DNA of 56,486 nt from Guillardia theta CCMP2712 (Eukaryota > Protista > Cryptophyta): positions 1 to 56,486 of the forward strand of contig NW_005434442.1 of NCBI RefSeq assembly GCF_000315625.1. Direction: 5' to 3'. The notes beneath the pieces are model-generated. The model was not told the DNA's origin. It was given only the letters and a program-made list of their open reading frames with translations, and did not search any database. A program made the translations under genes and the position numbers. Of the stretch, positions 8,029 to 16,876 are shown piece after piece. Numbering within the stretch: position 1 is the stretch's first letter; every line of letters begins with the position of its first letter.

Positions 8029-10626
8029 ATGAGTGAGTACGACACGGATTGTTCAGACAATACCACAAAGACTAACATATCAGGTCTCTCCTTCGAGACG
8101 GCCGATACAGTTCCATGCAAGAAGTTTGATACAGCCTTCTTCAACAACAGCAAGTTACATGGATACATGTTCTATGAACCCTTCCACAAGCAACGCCTAA
8201 TCACAGTTTTGAAGGACTATGACCAATATGAGCACCTTCTTATTCACAGCAAGAAGATGGATTTTCATGAGGAGTTTGACATCAAGCAGATGATACAGTT
8301 GTGTTTGAAGAATGCGGGACAGAAGGATTATCTGACTGTGACTTACTCAAAATCAAGGAATTCCCCAAAGCACGATGGTAAGTTCATCGGACGCTGGTTT
8401 GCCAACAAATGGGTTGGCCTTCAATACATGCCAAGGTGCTTAAGGCATGCACTGTGTGGGAGTGCTGGTTCAGATTCACACAAGGACTTATGGATGGACC
8501 TTGATATGGTCAATGCACATCCCACATTGGCCTTACATCTATTCAAGCTGTACAACCTGAACACGAAGTATCTAGAGGAGTACATAAATGACCGCGAGAG
8601 AATCTTGAGAGAGATAATTGAGAAGACAGATTGCACCAGAGATGAGGCAAAGACATTGCTGTTGAAGATATTGAATGGAGGGGCTGACAAGACATTTATT
8701 CCATGGAGAAAGGAGTTCTTTCGAGAGGTCCAGCACAATCTAGAGACAGTGAGCATTCTTCCTGAATTCGCCTTCATCAGAAGGAAGATAACCCAACGTT
8801 CCGATGGAAAATATAACATACCAGCCAAGACAGTGAATCAGATAATATGTGCAATGGAGAACTATATCCTGGAGCTATTTACCTTAAAGCTGATAGAGGA
8901 TGGGGTGATTCCAGCCTTCAAGAATGGGTACAAGTGTGTATTGATTCACGATGGGCTTCAAGTGCCATGGACAGAGGAGAATGAGGAGAGGATGAGAGAC
9001 CTGACGAAGTATGAGGAGTTCATAAAGCAGAAGACGGGGATAGAGATAAAGTTGAAGGTGAAACCCTTTGACGAGTATATGACGATTAGGGAGGAGGTAG
9101 AGAACAAGTTAGACCATCTAAATCTAAAAACACTTGCTGAACTATCTGAATATGATTATGAGGACGTAAAGACAGTGTTTGAACGTGAATGCGCAAAGAT
9201 AATGGACCCAATAATGTATATTCAAAACTCGAACAACAATATCGTCATGAGGAACAAAGAGAAGTTGAAAGACGCATTCGCGAATATAAAATACAAGGGA
9301 TTCAATGAGAGGAAGGGTACACATGAAGAGATGCCATTCATCAATGAATGGCTAACGGATACGAGAATGAGAACCTATGAGAGGTTGGATTTCATCCCAG
9401 CACAGACACCAGCTAATGTGTATAACATATGGACAGGTTTTGATGTGCCACTTGAGACACCATTGCCTGATGACTTTAACATAGAGGACAATGATTACAT
9501 AAGAAGGTACTTAAAGCACATAGATATGGTGGTTGGTTCAGATGAGATCTCAACTTACATAAAATGTTGGATTGCTCATAAGTTACAAAAGCCAGGCGTA
9601 AAGACATGTGTATGCTTGCTGTTTTATTCCATCGAAGAGGGAACCGGTAAGAACACATTGGTGGATGTAATAAAGCGATTGTTAGGTGATAAGTACAGCA
9701 TTGAGCTTGAAGAGGTAACAAACGCTCTGATGAGCAAACATTCAATGTCAGAATACAGGAATCTACTATGTGTTGTAAATGAAGCAAAGGGTTCTCAATT
9801 ATTCAATGACTTTGATAAATTCAAGAATAAGGTTACGGCTAAAGAAGCTACATTTGAACCAAAGAACATAGACAGGTTTAAGTGCAAGACATATTGTGAT
9901 TTCATAATGACAACGAACAACTTTTACATGCCTTCAAGTGATAGGAGAATATGTTATATAGAGACCACTAATGAGTTGCTAAGAAATGCGGATTATTTCA
10001 ATAGCTTTTATAATGAGATTGTTGATAATCCAGAGGCTATAAGATGTATATTTGAGTATTTCATTACATTTGATTACAGACAGCATATAGAGAATGGTAA
10101 CCTTCAGGATTATATCCCTAAGAGCACGTACATGTTGGAACTACAGAAGATGAATAGGAGTCAAGAGTTGGACCTATTGGAGTACATAATAACAGACAAA
10201 GGATATTTGAATATGTTGAAAGACCCTTATGATGATAATTATATCAGATTATACAAGAAACCTTTTGAGATGTCTAAGAATAAATTTATTCCAAGCCTCT
10301 ATGATATCATGAAAGAGTTTAAAACAAGAGAGGGTGGTTCTAATACGAAGATACAGGCCTCAAAAACATTCCATGCGTTCTTTAATCAGAATGCTATGAA
10401 GAAAATAAACAACACCAAAGGATTTGAAGATACAATAACAGAGTGCAAGAACAATGACATGTATTTCTACAAAGCACATATCGAACGTGTAGAAATGTTC
10501 TTGAACGGTACATCCAAACCAACATTCATTGATGAGAGTGACGAAGAGACCAAAAGCGACAATGAGGCACAAGATAGTGATAGCGAAGAATTCAAGGCTA
10601 CAGTGAGAGGGAGGAGGGGGATATAA
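8029..10626 (+). CDS. PolA-family (TVpol-like) primase-polymerase fused to D5-like/SF3 helicase
   Basis: GRWF..GLQ..PR.LR; motif A DLDMVNAHP; motif B RDEAK..LLKILNGG; motif C LIHDGL. Walker A EEGTGKNT, Walker B VVNE, motif C FIMTTNN. Likely start MSEYD at 8029. Confidence 0.82.
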   Translation: MSEYDTDCSDNTTKTNISGLSFETADTVPCKKFDTAFFNNSKLHGYMFYEPFHKQRLITVLKDYDQYEHLLIHSKKMDFHEEFDIKQMIQLCLKNAGQKDYLTVTYSKSRNSPKHDGKFIGRWFANKWVGLQYMPRCLRHALCGSAGSDSHKDLWMDLDMVNAHPTLALHLFKLYNLNTKYLEEYINDRERILREIIEKTDCTRDEAKTLLLKILNGGADKTFIPWRKEFFREVQHNLETVSILPEFAFIRRKITQRSDGKYNIPAKTVNQIICAMENYILELFTLKLIEDGVIPAFKNGYKCVLIHDGLQVPWTEENEERMRDLTKYEEFIKQKTGIEIKLKVKPFDEYMTIREEVENKLDHLNLKTLAELSEYDYEDVKTVFERECAKIMDPIMYIQNSNNNIVMRNKEKLKDAFANIKYKGFNERKGTHEEMPFINEWLTDTRMRTYERLDFIPAQTPANVYNIWTGFDVPLETPLPDDFNIEDNDYIRRYLKHIDMVVGSDEISTYIKCWIAHKLQKPGVKTCVCLLFYSIEEGTGKNTLVDVIKRLLGDKYSIELEEVTNALMSKHSMSEYRNLLCVVNEAKGSQLFNDFDKFKNKVTAKEATFEPKNIDRFKCKTYCDFIMTTNNFYMPSSDRRICYIETTNELLRNADYFNSFYNEIVDNPEAIRCIFEYFITFDYRQHIENGNLQDYIPKSTYMLELQKMNRSQELDLLEYIITDKGYLNMLKDPYDDNYIRLYKKPFEMSKNKFIPSLYDIMKEFKTREGGSNTKIQASKTFHAFFNQNAMKKINNTKGFEDTITECKNNDMYFYKAHIERVEMFLNGTSKPTFIDESDEETKSDNEAQDSDSEEFKATVRGRRGI

Positions 10627-10750
10627 CTCTTGTCTAAAATTACTCACATAGTTATTGGGTTGAATAAACAAACGGACCTACGGACAAATGAAAAATGGAG
10701 ATTCTCCTGAGAAACAAATAATAAATAGCATGTTGTAATTTTTTTTAAAA

Positions 10751-10954
10751 ACTTTTTGACAGAAAAATAATTCATTAATCCGTTCATTTGTCCGTGGATG
10801 ATATAAAAGGGAATATTTATCTAAGATAACCCAAAGGGGAATAAAGATATATGAGAATAGTATCACTATATGAAAAGAAATAATACTTTGAGAACACTTT
10901 TTGACAGTAAGAATTCTTTTATCCGTTCATTTATCCGTGGATGATATAAAAGGA
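10751..10954. repeat. ~60-bp direct repeat pair downstream of TVpol-helicase
   Basis: ACTTTTTGACAG...ATCCGTTCATTT.TCCGTGGATGATATAAAAGG at ~10751-10811 and ~10896-10953. Confidence 0.8.
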
Positions 10955-11135
10955 ACTATAATGAAAGATTCCTTCTACTAGAGAAAAGGAAGTTCAGAGC
11001 AGAATCGGTAACGCTTTCCTCCTACCCCCGAATGCGCTTAGACTGAGACATACACAATACCTTGTACACGACCGATATGATACTCTCTATGAGTATTTAT
11101 TGATAGTCAATAGATAATAGTTGTGATTTGTAGGA

Positions 11136-11432
11136 ATGGTCTCAAGGAGAGGCACTGTAGAGCTGAACGTTATCTTCTGTGAAATGTTCCAATATGATAC
11201 CACTTCAACAGGCCTACACATGAGCACTATAAAAGCAGAATTGAAGAAATGCAAACATACAACCTCACTTACACCATCCCAAGTGAAGGAATATATCATA
11301 AGGAACAAACTAGCCGGTCCTTATTCGGATAAGAATATTAACATAGATGGAAAGAAATCATGTGGTTTCAAGAATATCTCAATTAAACCACACCAATACA
11401 ATATAGAAAATACAGAAGAGGACGAAGATTAA
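11136..11432 (+). pseudogene. Probable C-terminal remnant of a D5-type primase-helicase (winged-helix tail)
   Basis: NINIDGKKSCGFKNISIK resembles the C-terminal beta-hairpin of D5-like helicases. No catalytic N-terminus is present. Confidence 0.35.
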
Positions 11433-11869
11433 AGAAAAAAAAGAAGAGGATGAGGAGGAAAAGGAGGAAAAGGATGTGTTTTGAAAGGCTGTTGGTTGTT
11501 ACCAAACATGTCTCTATAGTGTCGAGATATAATAATCCAATATAGGATGTAGCGATGGTATATAAGATTTAATGTGAGAGGGTAGGAGTTTAGGCAAGCA
11601 AGCTTGCCCGGCCAGTTCGCTTCGCTCACAGGCCTTTGCGACCCCTAGTAAGGATGTATAGGAGACGTGATGAGGATGGTAAGGATAAAAATAAGATGTT
11701 AAATGGATGTATGGGGGAGAAACTGGATGAGATGAGAATACGGAATTGCCCATGTAAGGGAATGAATATTTGATATATTTTACCCATGGACCTATGATAT
11801 ATTTTACCCATGGACCTATGATATAATAAAATATAGGGTATTGATGTAAGAATGAAGAATGAAGTATTA

Positions 11870-14800
11870 TTAGTGAAATGAGAGTTGTGGTCCGAACTGT
11901 AGATGTGAGCGATTGTCGGGGTTGCGGGTGATATGAACGGAGACGTCAACATTTTCGAGGAGATATTCGATATGTGAGACGAGGATGACGGAGTCAAAGA
12001 AATCTAGAAGCCTGCGTAGGAATCCGGGGACCATAGTAATATTATTGCGGTCGAGGCCGATGAAACCCTCATCAACGAAGAGTTGCTTACAGGGAGGGTT
12101 GTTATGGAAGCGTGTAAAGGCCAATCGCAAGGCGATAGAGATGATGAATTTCTGGAAGCCAGAGGCCAATTTAGCGGAGACGATGTGTGTGGGTTGAGAA
12201 TCGGTGGTGGGATTATGATTACGGATCAACCAATGGACGTCAAAGCGTCCCTTGAATGACTGAGGGTCATCGGCGACCTCGTTAGCGTTTCCGACGACGA
12301 AATGGAGTTGGAAGGGTTTGGTGGTGTGATGGCAAGATAGCTTGATGACATTGTTAACAAATGCGACGATGTGATTGAGGATGTGATTTTCATATATCCA
12401 TTTTTTATAGTTCTTGAAGTCATTGACAACGATTTTCAAGAGGTCAGCATCGAATTGTAGGTGATTGACGGCCTGAACAGAGAGGAGGTACTGCTCCTTC
12501 AGACGGTTATGTGTCTCCATGCGTTCCTGAAGCCTTGCGTGGGAGATGCTGTGTTCATTGAATGCGTTCTGGGCCAGGTCAATGCGTCTCTTAAGGTTCA
12601 GCTTCTCTTGTTTCTTGATGTTGTCAAGGAGCTCAAGCCTCATCTCATATTCCCCAAGAGTGGGCAGGATGTCCTCGATGAGTGTCTTAGAGAGGACGAT
12701 AGAGTGTAGCCTCCGGTACTCCTCCCAATCGTGGTATTGCGCCTTGAGTCTATCCAATCTCTGCTGTTTGGGGATGACATTGGCGACATAGTTGTTCCAA
12801 GCATGAACGGACTGTATATCCCTGTTAATGCCATTCAGCTTCGAATCAAGGTTGAAGAAGGTCCGCTTCCATGCGTCAAGGTCTTTCTCGAAGCGGCCAC
12901 GGAGGAGCTTGTGATACAACACAAACTCGTCATAATCATCCCATTCTTTAGCGACATCTATGGTGTCTACCATCCTTCGGTATTTAGAGAGCCTGTCATT
13001 GGATTCTTGTAGCAGTGCTTGTAGCTGCTGTTGTTTAGCCCTCAAGTCATCTTTATCTTTCTGTAGGGAGACGGTCTTTTGATTGGTTTCTTCGATTTCC
13101 TTAGCGGACTTGTCATATTCGTGCCAATCCTTCAGCAGCCTACAATAGGACTGGTACTTGTCCTCATCGTATTCATCAAGCCATTGTTGTAGCTGGTAAA
13201 GTTCATCTTGAGTATCGCCTTCATGATACTTGACCATGTACTTATTAAGGGCGGTCTGGTGTTTATTCAGAGCCTTCTCAATCGTCTTGATGCTGTTCTT
13301 GAGCTCAGCGATGCGTGCGACCCAAGGTTTAGAGCGGCAGACGGAGCAGTTAGGGTTGTATTCATATTCCTTGTTATCCTCGAAGACAGAGAGTTCCTGC
13401 TGCAGGCGTTGTAGCTGTTGTTCATCCTGTTCTATAGACTCATGGTATTCTTGGAACTTGTCAAGTATCTGCTGCAGCCGCTTGAGCTTCTTCTTAGCAT
13501 CAGAGACCTTTTTGCGGCCATAGTCGGATTGTATCATCTGAACATACTGTGTGACCTCATCGATGGAGACATTAGGTTTATTGGAGACAGCACGGGCGTG
13601 AAGGTCTCGGAGTGTGTTGTTGAGAGAGGTGAGCTGTTCATCGACGTCGTTGAAGCGAGCATCGGCCTCTTTGAGCTGACGGTTTAACTCATCAATCTTT
13701 GCCTGACGCTTCAGGATGCGAGAGAGGCAGGCATCCTTGGTGAGGGTGATGGCGTCCATGTCAGGGCGTGGGGTGATTGGTTTATTCACCGCAGGAAGGT
13801 TAGAGCAATGCGCTAAGAACTCATCGATGCTGCCATAGGATTGTAGGATGAGTGCTTGGACAGTGTCAAGGTCAATCTCAAGGGTCAGGAAGGATGGGTG
13901 AGGGGGAGTGTAGGAGGGTTTGGTGAGATGATGGTTTTTAATCTGCTCTTGGACATCGGTGAGGGATGCCTGTAGGGCTTCAAGGTCGTGGGAGGGTTGA
14001 GTGGGGATGTTGGAGGGGAGTGATTTAAGCTCTTCTTCTATGAAGGACCATTCACAGGGTTTGACGGGTGGTTCTTTCCAAGCATTGTATGTATCAAGCA
14101 GCTTAGGGTTGTTCTGATATTCTTGATAGAGCTGTTGAGGGTCACTGCCAAGGAGTTGAGAGAGGATGTTGTCCTTCTGTTTCTTGAGTTTGTCGCAATC
14201 GATGTTATCAAGGTCAGGGTGTAGAGCATTGAACTCATCGAGTCGAACTTGCCAATCGACAGCAATGAACGCATCAACATGAGAGGGTCCCAGTGAGGAG
14301 ATGGGTTGAACATTGATGTCGAGGGACTCGTAAAGATTCTGTAATTGCTGTAACTCTAGGGAGAGGGCGGCCATGTTAGAGTTGGATGCGGCGAGCTCGG
14401 CCGATGGTGAAGACTGATGAGAATCGACGGCACTGTCGGGTTGTAGGAGTTCGGGTGGGATATCGTGAAGGAGTGAGTTGATATTGGATTGAAGGAGTGT
14501 GAGGATATCAGAGTATTTATTGGAGCAGTTTTTAAGGAGTGATTCGATGGAGGTGAGTTTATCAAGACCGGCGGCGGAATCGATAAGTTCGGTGAGTTTG
14601 GAGTGATTAACGTCAAGGAAGTTAGAGTCATTGGTTTGTGTAATCATGGATGTGCGTAGGAATTGATTGAGAGTGCCAACGAGGGAGGGGAGTAGGTCTT
14701 TTTTGTTAGCGGCCTTAGAGGAGGTCTTTTGTACGAGATAAGGGACGGGTGTATAGTTAGGGTCAGAGAGTGACTTGTGGTATTCATCGGCCTTGTACAG

Positions 14801-16486
14801 GAAGAGGTCACAGGCAGTTTTTTTGAGTGTTTTGGTTTCTAGTTGATTTTTGCGTGCGAAGGAGCGATGGATGCGAAGGAAATCGGTATTATTGAGTTGT
14901 AGGACGATCTTGGTAGATGCGGTTTCGGCGTGGTCATTGATAAGACTGGAGGCGATGACGCCCCAGATGGCGATGGTGATGACGTTGAAGATGGTGCTTT
15001 TACCGAAAGCGTTAGGTGCGGAGATGGTGACGAGCTGATTATCGAGATTGTCGAAGTTGATCCAGGATTCGTGGGAGCCATAGCAGCAGATATTGTGCCA
15101 GGAGACATATTTGACGGAGAAGGAGGGTAGGTTAGTGGATTCCGAATGGAACTGTTGTATATCAAGGATGGATTTATTGATGAGGGAATTGATGCGTTCA
15201 ACATGTGTGTGTAGGATAGGAGGGAATGAGTGAGGGATGAGTGTGAACTTGTGAAGGTCGGTGAGCCAGTGTTCGAGCCGTTGTAGCATGGAATGATTGA
15301 GTTGGAGTTGTTGAGTGCGGGTGTGGAAGTATTGGAGGAGCAAGGAGGTATCATTAAGGTCGGAGACGCTGATATGAGTGTTGAATGGGTAATTGGGACC
15401 GTAGGATGTGCCTAGGGGTGTGGGTTGTGGGAGCAATTCAGGGAGGAGGGTGTCATCTCGTATGGAGTGAGAGACAGAGTGTTGGTGTAAGAGTTGGAAG
15501 AGTGAGGATTTATGTAGTGGGGTGTATTTACCTCTGATGTTGATGAGAACTTCTTTAGGGAAGTGTGGGTGTTGTAAGAGGGAGTCTAAGGGGACATATT
15601 GATTTTTGTATTTGACATGCCAAGAGTTGGATTCATCGGAGAAGAGGACATTGATGAATCCCTTGGGGTTGTAGACGTTGTGGTATGTGATGGAGGAGTT
15701 TTGTAGGTCCCAGAGTGAGAAGCCGTGGTTGATGACATCTTCTTTGCGATGTTGTTGTATGAGGCTGCCGGAGTAACCCCATAGAGTGCCGAATTTGTTG
15801 GTGCCGTGTTGTCGGAGGTGTATATCGCCGAGGACGAGGAACTTGAAGTCTTTGGTCCAATCGAAGGGGTAGATGGATGGTTTAGGGGTGTCATGAGGTG
15901 TGGAAGTGACATCAGGGGTGAGGATGGATTCAGAGAGGAGGGTGCCGGTGAAGGTGCCGTGGAAGAGTGCGACGACATATTGTGGTGGGGAGGGGCCATT
16001 GAAGTGGGTAGGGAAGGGTGGTAGTGTGGATAGTCTGCCAGACTTGCGTTGGAAGTCGAGAGTATCTTGGACGGATACGGTGGTGAGTCCAAGGTTATGT
16101 ATTTGTAGTGTTTTGGTGGTGTCTAGGACGTGAAGGTTGGGGACATCGAAGGCGATGGCGGAGACGAGGCAGGGTGATTCAGATTCTTCTTGTTTGATGT
16201 CATGGTTGCCAGGGATGACGATGACGAATGTGATTTGTAGTAGTTTGGTGAGGAGGTCTTTGTAAAGGTCGAGTCCATAGCTGGAGGCGATGCCCTTGGA
16301 ATCGAAGATATCACCGGTGATAACGATGATAGAGTTGTGTGGGGTGATGTGTGGTTTGTCGATGAAGACTTGATTGATGGATTGAAGGAGGTTGTTGAAT
16401 ACTTGTTTGTATTCATAATATCTGGAAGAGTGTATGTCACCCTTATGGATATGGATGTCAGAGATGTGGAAGATGTAATGAATCAT
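11870..16486 (-). CDS. Mre11-Rad50 (SbcD-SbcC) fusion nuclease/ATPase, giant-virus type
   Basis: Metallophosphoesterase motifs DIH, GD, GNHD, HG, GDIH, YSGS. Walker A APNAFGKST, long coiled coil with zinc hook CSVC, signature ASGFQK, Walker B LFVDEGF, H-loop VSH. Intronless, 1538 aa. Confidence 0.92.
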   Translation of the reverse strand: MIHYIFHISDIHIHKGDIHSSRYYEYKQVFNNLLQSINQVFIDKPHITPHNSIIVITGDIFDSKGIASSYGLDLYKDLLTKLLQITFVIVIPGNHDIKQEESESPCLVSAIAFDVPNLHVLDTTKTLQIHNLGLTTVSVQDTLDFQRKSGRLSTLPPFPTHFNGPSPPQYVVALFHGTFTGTLLSESILTPDVTSTPHDTPKPSIYPFDWTKDFKFLVLGDIHLRQHGTNKFGTLWGYSGSLIQQHRKEDVINHGFSLWDLQNSSITYHNVYNPKGFINVLFSDESNSWHVKYKNQYVPLDSLLQHPHFPKEVLINIRGKYTPLHKSSLFQLLHQHSVSHSIRDDTLLPELLPQPTPLGTSYGPNYPFNTHISVSDLNDTSLLLQYFHTRTQQLQLNHSMLQRLEHWLTDLHKFTLIPHSFPPILHTHVERINSLINKSILDIQQFHSESTNLPSFSVKYVSWHNICCYGSHESWINFDNLDNQLVTISAPNAFGKSTIFNVITIAIWGVIASSLINDHAETASTKIVLQLNNTDFLRIHRSFARKNQLETKTLKKTACDLFLYKADEYHKSLSDPNYTPVPYLVQKTSSKAANKKDLLPSLVGTLNQFLRTSMITQTNDSNFLDVNHSKLTELIDSAAGLDKLTSIESLLKNCSNKYSDILTLLQSNINSLLHDIPPELLQPDSAVDSHQSSPSAELAASNSNMAALSLELQQLQNLYESLDINVQPISSLGPSHVDAFIAVDWQVRLDEFNALHPDLDNIDCDKLKKQKDNILSQLLGSDPQQLYQEYQNNPKLLDTYNAWKEPPVKPCEWSFIEEELKSLPSNIPTQPSHDLEALQASLTDVQEQIKNHHLTKPSYTPPHPSFLTLEIDLDTVQALILQSYGSIDEFLAHCSNLPAVNKPITPRPDMDAITLTKDACLSRILKRQAKIDELNRQLKEADARFNDVDEQLTSLNNTLRDLHARAVSNKPNVSIDEVTQYVQMIQSDYGRKKVSDAKKKLKRLQQILDKFQEYHESIEQDEQQLQRLQQELSVFEDNKEYEYNPNCSVCRSKPWVARIAELKNSIKTIEKALNKHQTALNKYMVKYHEGDTQDELYQLQQWLDEYDEDKYQSYCRLLKDWHEYDKSAKEIEETNQKTVSLQKDKDDLRAKQQQLQALLQESNDRLSKYRRMVDTIDVAKEWDDYDEFVLYHKLLRGRFEKDLDAWKRTFFNLDSKLNGINRDIQSVHAWNNYVANVIPKQQRLDRLKAQYHDWEEYRRLHSIVLSKTLIEDILPTLGEYEMRLELLDNIKKQEKLNLKRRIDLAQNAFNEHSISHARLQERMETHNRLKEQYLLSVQAVNHLQFDADLLKIVVNDFKNYKKWIYENHILNHIVAFVNNVIKLSCHHTTKPFQLHFVVGNANEVADDPQSFKGRFDVHWLIRNHNPTTDSQPTHIVSAKLASGFQKFIISIALRLAFTRFHNNPPCKQLFVDEGFIGLDRNNITMVPGFLRRLLDFFDSVILVSHIEYLLENVDVSVHITRNPDNRSHLQFGPQLSFH

Positions 16487-16623
16487 AATGTTCAGTTGAA
16501 TAAGAAAGTATATGAGTTATATTCATTTTTATGATAAGTCTTTAAGTGTATTGAACTTTAAAAGGATATGATTGTTCAGTGAGTTGAGAGTATAGTGGAA
16601 CAGTGTGAGGATGTTGTTAAATA

Positions 16624-16876
16624 CCCGCTGAACATTGAGTGGGTAATTAATGAAGATGTGCCTTAATGCCCGCTGAACTTTTAGGGGGGTATTTGTCAAG
16701 GTGCCCTTTTAAGCCCACTGAACTTTTAGGGGGTATTTGTTCAGGTGTCGTTTAATGCCCGCCGAACCTTAAGGGCGTATTTGTTCAGGTGCCCTTTTTA
16801 AGCCCGCTGAACTTTTAGGGGGTATTTGTTCAGGTCCCTTTCAGCCTACTGAACTTTTAGGGGTTATTTGTTCAGA
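16624..16876. repeat. Six ~44-bp degenerate tandem repeats at inner end of viral island
   Basis: Consensus CCCGCTGAAC-TTTTAGGGGGTATTT-GTTCAG-GTGCCCTTTTAAG, with CTGAAC/GTTCAG inverted arms. Confidence 0.88.
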
